From an uncultured virus (IMG/VR IMGVR_UViG_3300010233_000001) (taxonomy: Duplodnaviria; Heunggongvirae; Uroviricota; Caudoviricetes), in the IMG/VR virus record IMGVR_UViG_3300010233_000001: DNA of 57,581 bases; one strand, written 5' to 3'. A program made the position numbers and the translations under genes. Below, piece by piece: positions 33,070 to 41,431 of this stretch. The notes under the pieces were generated by a model, which saw only the letters and a list, made by a program, of their open reading frames with translations, ran no database searches and was not told where the DNA came from. The stretch's first letter is position 1. Each line of letters opens with the position of its first letter.

Positions 33070-33149
33070 GATAGTAACTCCCGGGCTGAGCCCTTCGTTG
33101 TTGTGGATGATGTGTTCGTGAATGGGTGGTTGAGCGCAGCGAAACCTGA

Positions 33150-33171
33150 GAAGACTTGCTTTGAAGTCTTC
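33150..33171 (-). terminator. Hairpin downstream of the ncRNA cluster
   Basis: GAAGACTT-gctttg-AAGTCTTC inverted repeat; no clear U-tract. Confidence 0.35.
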
Positions 33172-33179
33172 GACCGAAT

Positions 33180-33299
33180 TGGTGGTGGGAGCTGGGTTTA
33201 CACCAGCAGCTGATTTCCCTTTATATCGGGCCGCCTCTGTATTTTGGGCTTGGCTCGAAGAGCTGAAGCAGCCCTTCTCGGGGCTGCGCCCACCCCGCC
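33180..33299 (-). ncRNA. Enlarged tRNA-like RNA with ACCA 3' end
   Basis: 5' GGCGGGG/GGUGGG pairs with UCCCACC-ACCA; T-arm GCUGG-UGUAAAC-CCAGC; D-arm region expanded by two hairpins; no clean anticodon arm. Confidence 0.55.
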
Positions 33300-33309
33300 G
33301 TAAATAAAC

Positions 33310-33366
33310 AGCACTCCAACAGAGACTAGGTGGAAGGAGGTAACCTTGTCAATCTATTGAAGTGCT
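33310..33366 (-). ncRNA. Long hairpin RNA with ACCUCCUUCC loop, possible fifth array member
   Basis: 13-bp stem GCACUUCAAUAGA/UCUGUUGGAGUGC with G-U pairs on the minus strand. Confidence 0.55.
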
Positions 33367-33410
33367 TGGCCCCGCTAGTAGGAATCGAACCTACTTATAC
33401 CAGAAGCGAG
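33367..33410 (-). ncRNA. 44-nt mini-tRNA (acceptor stem plus T-arm plus CCA)
   Basis: CUCGCUU-CUGGUAUAA-GUAGG-UUCGAUU-CCUAC-UAGCGGG-G-CCA. Confidence 0.65.
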
Positions 33411-33414
33411 AAGT

Positions 33415-33478
33415 GACGAGAAAGCAAAAGCCCTGTTTTATTTTGCATGTATAGAAGGAAGGACTTTTATGGCTCGTC
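33415..33478 (-). ncRNA. Structured RNA repeat, unit A
   Basis: GACGAG-CCAU-AAAAGUCCU-UCCUUCUA..-AGGGCUUUU-GCUUU-CUCGUC. Confidence 0.8.
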
Positions 33479-33479
33479 G

Positions 33480-33549
33480 TTAGTCAGGAAAGCAGAAACC
33501 CTAGTTTCGTAAAAGGAATTAGAAGGAAGGATTTCTATGGCCCGGCTAA
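33480..33549 (-). ncRNA. Structured RNA repeat, unit B
   Basis: UUAGCCGGG-CCAU-AGAAAUCCU-UCCUUCUA..-AGGGUUUCU-GCUUU-CCUGACUAA. Confidence 0.8.
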
Positions 33550-33556
33550 GTTAGTT

Positions 33557-33630
33557 GTGGGAAAGCGAACAACCTATTTTTGATATCGGGTTTCCCCGAT
33601 TGTTTAGAAGGAAGGCTATTCATGGCCCAC
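33557..33630 (-). ncRNA. Structured RNA repeat, unit C (extra hairpin in loop)
   Basis: GUGGG-CCAU-GAAUAGCCU-UCCUUCUA..AUCGGG-GAAA-CCCGAU..-AGGUUGUUC-GCUUU-CCCAC. Confidence 0.8.
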
Positions 33631-33638
33631 GAGGTTGG

Positions 33639-33712
33639 TTTAGGTTTACACGGCCCCATGTCAAAAGACGGTGCGCGGGTTCGTATGCACACTGCTACCC
33701 AGTAAACCTAAA
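33639..33712. ncRNA. Structured element between array units C and D
   Basis: Perfect 11-bp closing stem TTTAGGTTTAC/GTAAACCTAAA with internal hairpins. Confidence 0.45.
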
Positions 33713-33718
33713 ATTAGT

Positions 33719-33779
33719 AGCGGGAAAGCGAAGACCCTAGTTTCCATTTTTTTAGAAGGAAGGATCTTCATGGCCCGCT
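33719..33779 (-). ncRNA. Structured RNA repeat, unit D
   Basis: AGCGGG-CCAU-GAAGAUCCU-UCCUUCUA..-AGGGUCUUC-GCUUU-CCCGCU; starts 11 nt after the stop codon at 33791. Confidence 0.8.
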
Positions 33780-33790
33780 GAACACCTATA

Positions 33791-35929
33791 TCAAGACGAT
33801 AGGATATTATTGATATCCACCGGCTTATATTTGCTGTCCTTGTTCTCCGGCTTGAAGACGTAAGCTGGGACATTGCCCCGAAGCTCAGCATCCTTGTCAG
33901 AGTACAGAACCTGCATCTCTGCCTTCTTGCTAACCGACTCTCGGAAGAGATCGTGTACGGTCGGCAGGGAGGCGATGTACTCCATGAAGGCTGGCATGTT
34001 CTTTTCCAAAGTAGGACCATTGCTGCCCGCGCTCTGAACTTGTCCATGCAGGTTGGCGTCGATGTAGATCAACTCTCGGGTCACGAGGTCGATCACACAA
34101 ACGTACTTGGTCATGCTGTCTCCCTTGAGAGGAAACGCAAGCTGGCATCGAGAAGGCTCGAAGAGCTTACCCGATTCCGCATCCTTGCCCCACTGCAATG
34201 CAGCGAAGACATCATCGGCCTGCGAGAAGGAGATCCTAGAATAGCACAGGATATTCCATACCGCATACCGAACCCCCTGCTCCAACAGTCTGGCAGGATA
34301 AAGGTCGATGAGCTGAGCAGCTCGTCCCTTCATCTCGGCAGTGTTGATGGGGTCTCCCGAGAAGATCGCACCACACTCCACCAGAGTCTCGTTCTTCTTT
34401 CGCTTGCTCATACCGAAGCTGGGATACCCAGACTTAGGAAAGTTGACAGCATTCCAACAGCAAGCTCCGACAGACTTCCAGTCCTTGTCGAAGAAGTTCC
34501 AGCCATTGTCGAACCACGTCACTCCGCCTTTGGTGTTCTGCCAATAGGAGGCAGTACGGATGAAGGTAACGTCTTCGGGAATGGGGAAGACCGTCCCACG
34601 ATTGTAGGGCGATACCTCACCATCATTGGAGGGAAGCGTAATCTTGCGGGTGGCATCATCCAGTACCTTGACCGCAGGAACACGCTCAGCCAACACCTTG
34701 CCAAGAGCCTTGGAAAGATTCTGCACATGCTTCTCATCGACAGGCCGCGGCTTGCCGATCTGCATCTTGGTCCAGTTTCCCTTGGGAGGGAAGGTCCGAT
34801 GGTCACGCAGGTTGACCGTCTCCAGGTAGGAACGAAGTCCCACCACCTGAGCAGTGGTCAGCTTGTCGATGATCGACTTGAAGGACTTGACAGCCTCGTT
34901 GCCAAAGATGTCAATGGTGTGAACCAAGCGGCGCTTGAATTCACCAGGACGAGTCTCCAGTAGGGACAGGACTTTGGGGTCCATATCCAAGAGGAGAGGC
35001 TCCACCTTGCCATTGAAGGTCTGAAGCTTGTTGTTGTACAGCGCATTAGCCACTTCGAGAACCGAAGGATACTGACGCTTGTACTCACCTGGATGCAGTT
35101 GGTGCAGGAGTCGCTTGAACAACTCCGGCCTACGAGCCACATCTTCATTGAGATTGGCACAACCTTCCAGGAGACCCAGAAGAAACTTGCGAGTCCCACG
35201 GTTGAAGGACTTGAACTTGAACTTCTCTCGGAGAGAGACGTCCCCATCGCTCAGGCCAGCAGCCAGACGCAGGACGTCGGTGGCCGTCTTGACTTCCACT
35301 TTGAGACCCTTGGTCATCATGGCCGTAGCCACCAGAACCATGTTCTCCTTGAAGGCAACCTTGCCCAGGTTGATCGGAAAATCATTAGCCAGGAAGAGAA
35401 CCTCTTCCAGATCCTGATCCTTCCAGCGGGACGGAGACTTGAGATGTGACATCAGAATGTCACCCAGCGTAGTCTTCTTGGCCAGCTTGAGGACAGTCGG
35501 TGCCTGCTTCTCCTTCATCTTCTCACGAGGCTTGACTTCCTCAGTGAACATTTCCTTGGGGAATCCCCAATACATCAGAAGCTGGGGGAGCCAATACTCC
35601 GCCTGAGTCTTGTCGAGAACTTCTTTAGGGAAGTTCTTATAGACCACGAAGTCGCCAATCTTACGAGAGGCTCCGGCGATCTCTTTCAGCTCAGTCTCGA
35701 CATCAGCCCACCACGTACCCACACCATTGGTCGTCATCTTGACCAAGGCAGTATACCCTTCCACGCTGAGAGCCCTGCCATAATAGGCTAGGTTCATCAG
35801 GATGGTAGCCAGAGCCTCCGACCCCACCTGAGAGACTTCCGAAGTCCCAACGAACTTAGGAATCTCGATGTAGTTGTGGCGAAGGAGAATGTTGGTGGCG
35901 TTGGTCATTGGTTCTTTCCGTTGGTTCAC
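33791..35929 (-). CDS. ROT/TROVE-like helical repeats plus C-terminal TerD-like domain (MXAN_6230/SCO0854, Prok-RING_4-type architecture, RING absent)
   Basis: VYKNFPKEV; FKEN; KTATDVLRLAAGLSDGDVSL; LHPGEY; LLETRPGEFKRRL; RGTVFP; FSGD..AAQLIDL; VIDLVTRELIYID. Confidence 0.75.
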   Translation of the reverse strand: MNQRKEPMTNATNILLRHNYIEIPKFVGTSEVSQVGSEALATILMNLAYYGRALSVEGYTALVKMTTNGVGTWWADVETELKEIAGASRKIGDFVVYKNFPKEVLDKTQAEYWLPQLLMYWGFPKEMFTEEVKPREKMKEKQAPTVLKLAKKTTLGDILMSHLKSPSRWKDQDLEEVLFLANDFPINLGKVAFKENMVLVATAMMTKGLKVEVKTATDVLRLAAGLSDGDVSLREKFKFKSFNRGTRKFLLGLLEGCANLNEDVARRPELFKRLLHQLHPGEYKRQYPSVLEVANALYNNKLQTFNGKVEPLLLDMDPKVLSLLETRPGEFKRRLVHTIDIFGNEAVKSFKSIIDKLTTAQVVGLRSYLETVNLRDHRTFPPKGNWTKMQIGKPRPVDEKHVQNLSKALGKVLAERVPAVKVLDDATRKITLPSNDGEVSPYNRGTVFPIPEDVTFIRTASYWQNTKGGVTWFDNGWNFFDKDWKSVGACCWNAVNFPKSGYPSFGMSKRKKNETLVECGAIFSGDPINTAEMKGRAAQLIDLYPARLLEQGVRYAVWNILCYSRISFSQADDVFAALQWGKDAESGKLFEPSRCQLAFPLKGDSMTKYVCVIDLVTRELIYIDANLHGQVQSAGSNGPTLEKNMPAFMEYIASLPTVHDLFRESVSKKAEMQVLYSDKDAELRGNVPAYVFKPENKDSKYKPVDINNILSS

Positions 35930-36225
35930 TTACTGAACGTGAAGTTGGCTTCGTAGTTCTCGTTGTATCCTGGCTTGTCGTACTCGACAGTCCATCCTAC
36001 CTTGCGATAGGCATCCTCTACATCGAGGTATCCACGTTTGAAAGCGGTGTCATGCGAGACTAGCATGATTTTGGCAATTCGTTTGACTGCCTCATCCTGT
36101 GTGAAGTTGGCCGAATTCCCATCCCAATTCTCTACGATCAGATCGTTGAAAACATTGTACACTTTATCAGGGATGCGAGCGATTAGCTTGCCCTTGACTT
36201 CTTTGGGTTTGATAGGGCCGGACAT
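35926..36225 (-). CDS. Hypothetical phage protein (start revised to MSGPIKP)
   Basis: GGAG RBS before ATG at 36225; VEDAYRKVGWTVEYDKPGYNE; GTGA/ATGA-type overlap with the TROVE-TerD ORF. Confidence 0.7.
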   Translation of the reverse strand: MSGPIKPKEVKGKLIARIPDKVYNVFNDLIVENWDGNSANFTQDEAVKRIAKIMLVSHDTAFKRGYLDVEDAYRKVGWTVEYDKPGYNENYEANFTFSK

Positions 36226-36356
36226 TGATATCTCCAGTGAAATGAACGATACGCTTGCTTTGACGCCTGTTCTCACACATATCATAACGGTGCAACCTTT
36301 CAGTTGAGCTATGACTCTGGATCGAATCTCACGCCCCGTGCATGGTATCCCAAACG

Positions 36357-36400
36357 TGGTGCATCGCATGGGAATCGAACCCATGAAAAACCATTGATGC
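36357..36400 (-). ncRNA. Second 44-nt mini-tRNA (acceptor stem plus T-arm plus CCA)
   Basis: GCAUCAA-UGGUUUUUC-AUGGG-UUCGAUU-CCCAU-GCGAUGC-A-CCA. Confidence 0.65.
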
Positions 36401-36434
36401 TTGACTTCCGTGCGTTCGTGCTTACGTTCTTTGT

Positions 36435-37175
36435 ATGCAGGAATTATCGGAAAAAGTAATTGAAAAGTTTTGGGAGAATGTGCAGAAAACTGCAACCTGT
36501 TGGAATTGGATTGGCTTCTTAGGCAAAACAGGATTGCCAGTTATTAGAACGGTTGAGCCAAGAGATGATGGTGCGAACCATCTTGTTGAGTTTAGTCCAC
36601 GCCGAGTGTCATTGGAACTGGCTGGTAAAACCATTTTGCCAAGTGATCGTGCTCAGCCTCTTGTCTGTCAGAATAAACTATGCGTCAATCCAGCACATCT
36701 GGTATGCGGAGACGAAGCCAGATTCTGGGCCAAAGTTCAGAGACTTGGCAATGACGATTGTTGGATCTGGACTGCCGGGCAAGACAAAGATATGTATGGC
36801 AAGTTTCGCATCTGCGAAGATGGAAAGAAGATTGATATTCGAGCACACCAATACTCTTGGCAACTATATACTGGGCGACCAGTACCCAAAGGAATCCAAG
36901 TATGCCACAAGTGCGATCATCCGTATTGTGTAAATCCTGTTCATCTATTTCTTGGTACCGTGCAAGACAATACTCAAGACAGAGATGAAAAGGGACGACA
37001 ATGTAAAGGTGAAGATCACCACAAAGCAAAACTAACTGAAGAAAAGGTCAAAGAGATTCGAAAGATGTTTGCTACTGGCAATTACACTAAGCAATATCTT
37101 GCCGATCTATTTGGCATCAAACGATCTGCTATGAGCAGAATGTTACTTGGAAAAGGATGGAAGCATGTAGAATAA
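36435..37175 (+). CDS. HNH homing endonuclease with duplicated domain and HTH
   Basis: CWIWTAG..YGKF..RAHQYSW..VCHKCDHPYCVNPVHLFLGT..DN..D. Confidence 0.9.
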   Translation: MQELSEKVIEKFWENVQKTATCWNWIGFLGKTGLPVIRTVEPRDDGANHLVEFSPRRVSLELAGKTILPSDRAQPLVCQNKLCVNPAHLVCGDEARFWAKVQRLGNDDCWIWTAGQDKDMYGKFRICEDGKKIDIRAHQYSWQLYTGRPVPKGIQVCHKCDHPYCVNPVHLFLGTVQDNTQDRDEKGRQCKGEDHHKAKLTEEKVKEIRKMFATGNYTKQYLADLFGIKRSAMSRMLLGKGWKHVE

Positions 37176-37200
37176 GGGAGGCGTTTTACCGCCTCCCTTA
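37173..37200. terminator. Hairpin between convergent genes
   Basis: TAAGGGAGGCG-ttttac-CGCCTCCCTTA, 11-bp stem. Confidence 0.65.
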
Positions 37201-37209
37201 CCCTTCGGA

Positions 37210-37620
37210 TTACTTGGAATCCGTCTTGACAGGGCGATCGGCCCTACGGCTGACCCCGCCGCCCTTGCCCTTGGCAATGACGAACAAGCTGTCCGGGTGC
37301 TCGACCAGATTGCCCTCCTTCTCCGAACCCGTCTCCTGCGAGTTGGCTCGCACGTAGTCACCAACACGATCCGAGAGAATCTTAAAATTCTCAGGGACAG
37401 CGTTAAGCTTCTGAGCCGTCATGCTACAAACGGCCGGCATCGGAATAGCCTGACCCTTGAACTGATCAAAAAGGCTAGTAACAGCCTCCTGGATCAGCGC
37501 ATCCTCGGTCTCACGACCAGCAACATACCGCAGAAGCGCACCGCGAAAAGCCTCAGTAGACTTCTCCTGATTGATTACCCCGTCCTCAGTGACGAGCGTA
37601 ACAGTGAGATTGATACCCAT
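37210..37620 (-). CDS. Hypothetical protein, paralog of 50068..50523
   Basis: LFDQFKG..KGKGGGVSRRADR. Confidence 0.7.
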   Translation of the reverse strand: MGINLTVTLVTEDGVINQEKSTEAFRGALLRYVAGRETEDALIQEAVTSLFDQFKGQAIPMPAVCSMTAQKLNAVPENFKILSDRVGDYVRANSQETGSEKEGNLVEHPDSLFVIAKGKGGGVSRRADRPVKTDSK

Positions 37621-37988
37621 GTTTCGTTTCCTTTGAGAAAGCCGCTCGTATGAGTCGGCAGTTTTGATGAGACATTAGCAACATGCCAATGTCTCCGTTC
37701 GATCATCCACAACAACATGTTATGAATGGGTCGTTTTGCAGCGATTCGTTCATCGAGCGACCGTTTCGTGAATGGGTCGATGAGAATTTTCGATTACACT
37801 GCGCAATTTTTGCGCACCGCGTTTTCGATCGAGCTGATCGGGCGCGAGAGGAGTCGCTGGATGAGCCGATCGCTTCGAGGCTCGTAGGCCAGCTTCGTAC
37901 TACGCACGTGAGACATCCTAATTCAATTTATAGGATTGTTTCAGTCGTCAGACAGGGCCAAGTCTAAGATAGCCACACTTAGGGCGTC
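37621..37988 (-). promoter_or_regulatory. Long intergenic regulatory region
   Basis: Two ACCCATTCA motifs (37723, 37769) and palindrome TGCGCAATTTTTGCGCA at about 37800-37816. Confidence 0.45.
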
Positions 37989-38216
37989 TCATGATTTGGG
38001 CGGCTTGTTATATTCTACGGGCGTTAGATAATCAGAAGAGTGTCCATTGTTACATTTGTTCAGATATGTACATCCGCAGCCTTCGCAGAAAACTAGGGTG
38101 CCAGGATCAAGAAGAGTATTGGCAATCTTCTTGAATCCGCATTTTTTACATTCATAGCCATCCCGGTTTTCCCAGCCAGGCGCCCCACACTGATCACATC
38201 TAGCCATATGATTTCC

Positions 38217-38963
38217 TTATTGACATTGACAGAGTGCTTGACTCCATACTTTTTGAACAGCAAGGCCAGCAACTAATTCGATATATGATTGGCACAAATC
38301 ACCTATCTCACTACCAGTATTTCTATCGTACAACCCGTTTCCATCTGGATCGGTCGCTGCTTCATACAGTTCATGTGAGGCCATGATATCGTTTTCTGAA
38401 TAAGAAACAATAGCGAAGGCATATCTCTGTGCCCCGAAAGAAGCATGCATATGATATCCACCCCAATTATTCTTTAGCATCGAAGCAGTAAAGATATTGG
38501 GTGGCAACATAATCACATAGATAGTATTATCGTTAGGATAAGGTAATGTCCCTCCCTGGATCTCATTATTGATAATAGCTGGAAAGCTATTATCATCTAA
38601 AAGAGATTGCCCGGCATCATCCAAACCACCATCGTTAACGTAGGTAGTAGAGCCTGGGTTAGTATAATAATTAGAATCAATCATACCTTCGTGAATGCCA
38701 TATTCCGAAAGTCGTTGGAAAACGTGGCCGCTACCGAACAACACGAGCCAGTCTTGTTCGAATGAGATTGGCTGTCTAGCCAGAGGAAAATTATCCCAAT
38801 CCCCCCAAAAATCTAGATGAACTTCTGGCTCAGCCAACATCCAGCTATTAGAATTAGGATGGACTACATTGCCTACACAATTAGGATTATCTCCGCTAAT
38901 TGTGTAGTGAGTAGAGCTTCCACATGCCATTAGGCAAAGGGACATCAAAGCGATATACTTCAT
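38217..38963 (-). CDS. Secreted lipoprotein with HExxE motif (phosphate-induced/EXORDIUM-like)
   Basis: LMAC lipobox; IYVIMLPP..GGYH..ASHELYEAATDP..EIGDLC..VQKVWS..C. Confidence 0.65.
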   Translation of the reverse strand: MKYIALMSLCLMACGSSTHYTISGDNPNCVGNVVHPNSNSWMLAEPEVHLDFWGDWDNFPLARQPISFEQDWLVLFGSGHVFQRLSEYGIHEGMIDSNYYTNPGSTTYVNDGGLDDAGQSLLDDNSFPAIINNEIQGGTLPYPNDNTIYVIMLPPNIFTASMLKNNWGGYHMHASFGAQRYAFAIVSYSENDIMASHELYEAATDPDGNGLYDRNTGSEIGDLCQSYIELVAGLAVQKVWSQALCQCQ

Positions 38964-41029
38964 TGCTTGTTACCAAATGCCTGAATATAGTGTATTATTT
39001 CCATGAGACAGGATGAGCTTGGCCTGATTCCAACAAATACGAACTTCATTGATAGGAATCACATTGCCCTTAATAGGGATTACTTCAATCAATCTAACTT
39101 TCTTATTTTGTATGGCAAAAGAAATGCCTGTTCGTGAGTCACTTGGAAAGTGATCGATGAAGTAAGTCAACACGTCCATGAATCAGTATTCCGTGAATGG
39201 GTCGTTGAAATCAGATTGTGATATTTATCGCCACTCCTCGTTTACTGTGTGGCCTACGTTCCAGCCATGCTCATACTCTTCATCCGTAATATGGGGCTGG
39301 ACAATCTTCTGATTCTGGACTGTCAGTTGGGCGATGCGCTTCTTTGAAATCTTCTGCTGCCGAGTCTTGATCTTGTCACTCATCGCTTCCTCTTATTGAT
39401 TAGAAGTCTAATGGCTGCGATCTCAGCTGGTGTAAAGTGCCACCTTAGAATGTCAGCCGTAGTGTACGGCCACTTTTCAGGCACCGTATGTGGTTGGCTC
39501 TTCATACGGTTCTACCATCAGCTCGACCCTGATTAGGTCACTCATGCCATCGCGTCCAGGCCCACTGATGATAAACTTAGGCTGATCGACATACTCATAC
39601 AACTTGTTGCCTATCTGATAGATTCCGCGGGGAACTACTTCAAGGTAAACCATAGCAACCAAGTTCTCAGATGTCTTTTCGTTTGGTCGCTTCTTGTTTT
39701 TCAGATAAATGGTAGCTAGCATAACTTCAATCCTTATCGCAGTGAAGAAAAACGATGGAAGATTTACAGCCTGGGCATTCGCCAAAACTTTCCATATGTC
39801 CCAATTCCTTAACGGGAGGTAGAAAGTTAGCTGGGCAGACATTGCAATGAACGTAGTTGCCGCCGCAGATATACATACGGTAGACCTTAGTACCTTGAGA
39901 TATTAGATCCTTTACCTTGGACGAAAACCGTCCGTTGTATGATGGCGTGAGTACAGTCTTAAACGTCATGTTAAACCATTGTTCGGTAGTTACAAGCCTT
40001 TAACTTGAACTTTGAATTCGGTAGAGAAGAAATCTTGCAAGGCTAAACGTCGAACCACTTCTCCAGTAGATCAGACAAATACAAATACTCCATCGTAATG
40101 AGTGGCAAACTCATAATACCGCTTGGTACACAATTGGCTTTCTTCACATTTTTTATGGTTACACCCTTTCGAGAAACCGAGAGAGTAGTAAAAATACCTC
40201 GCTTCAGGAATGGTGACCAAACTTGAGCCATAAACAAGACACAATCGATTCTGTCTGGGAAAAAAGTATTCGTGCTTTTCCACCATCGCAGGACTAATCT
40301 TAGGCTGACAATCCGTATAAAAAACAGATTCATTTTGTGCCTGATTGATGGTTTATTTTTTTGAAGAAAAGATACTCAGAACAATCTGTTATTATCCTGT
40401 GACAGTTCTTTTATATAGCTCTAGCTCTACCAAAGCCTTGGCAAAGATGATAGCTTCTGTAGTTTCCAGAGTCCAAGTGCTTTGCCTATTATCCAGCCTG
40501 TAGAATTCAAAGCCTGGATTGAAAGAAAAGAGTTTTGAGTTGGTAGCTTTCTCGATTGGACGAGCAATAGCTTGCCATGCCTTACAGTAATCCCTAGTCG
40601 AAGTAGTGGTAGTTCCGTCAGGCTTTCGGCGAGGTTGCTTAATCATGGCAAGACCAGCTCGAAACGTTTGGCGTACCAAGTCTTCATCTTGTGTGGTACA
40701 TCCAAGATGATTTGTGGCTCACCAGCCAGATGACTGACATCAGATACGGTGTACTCGTGGCCATGAACCAGATAGTTCTTGTGCCCACCACCTTGATCGT
40801 CGATGCAACGAACCTTATCACCCTTCTTGAAAGGATTTCTCATGATTGCCATGTGTCGCCTCCGATTCGATTCGTGAATGGGTCGTTCGCAGCACTAAAG
40901 TGTTGGTGAGAAAGTCAGTCAATGTGATCAGCTTAGCCGTGATTCGGATCGGAATCCCCTGGATCACAAGGCATTGTTTGTGGCGCAAGTAGTTCTCCTA
41001 AGTTTATCGGCCCACAGAATTATTCTCCG

Positions 41030-41431
41030 TTACTTTCCATACCATGCCCAAACGGGCAGGACGGCCAAAATACCATAATGAGAGCCCGCAACGTGGCCCC
41101 AATCTTCATTGTAAGCTTTGAAGCCCTTTCCATTGCTTCCGTCATGATCGAGATATTCTCGATAGTCTTCCTTCTTACGTTCCGATAACCAGCCCCATGC
41201 CAAATCGGCAGCAGCTTTCCAATCCATAGCGTATGGTAGTATGTTAGCGGGCACACTACTGGTCGTAGCAGTGTGGAAACTATCGGCACTCCACAAAAGA
41301 ACAAATCCTTTTTCAGAATGTTCAAAGTAGTGAGTAGCTTTAGCTCCGGGAGCATTATCAAACAGGAGCTGAAAAGCCAAATCAAATGCTTTGCGCCCTT
41401 CAGATTGAACTGAAATATGACGATTATCCAT
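41030..41431 (-). CDS. Hypothetical phage protein
   Basis: DHDGSNGKGF..WGHV..PVWAWYGK. Confidence 0.65.
   Translation of the reverse strand: MDNRHISVQSEGRKAFDLAFQLLFDNAPGAKATHYFEHSEKGFVLLWSADSFHTATTSSVPANILPYAMDWKAAADLAWGWLSERKKEDYREYLDHDGSNGKGFKAYNEDWGHVAGSHYGILAVLPVWAWYGK

Noticed and set aside
33415..33779. CRISPR array
   Set aside because: The repeats are not identical, conservation is structural with covarying stems, spacing is irregular and no cas genes are present
33953..34963. 336-aa plus-strand ORF
   Set aside because: It is an antisense shadow of the GC-rich TROVE-TerD gene with no recognisable motifs
33367..36400. Canonical tRNA genes at the two GTTCGATTC sites
   Set aside because: Only 9 nt separate the acceptor 5' strand from the T-stem; there is no D or anticodon arm
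36226..36495. N-terminal extension of ORF 35926..36495
   Set aside because: It overlaps the mini-tRNA and the HNH gene; a better start with GGAG RBS exists at 36225
37675..37690. Sigma54 promoter (TTGGCATGTTGC on the minus strand)
   Set aside because: GG-to-GC spacing is 6 nt rather than the required 10
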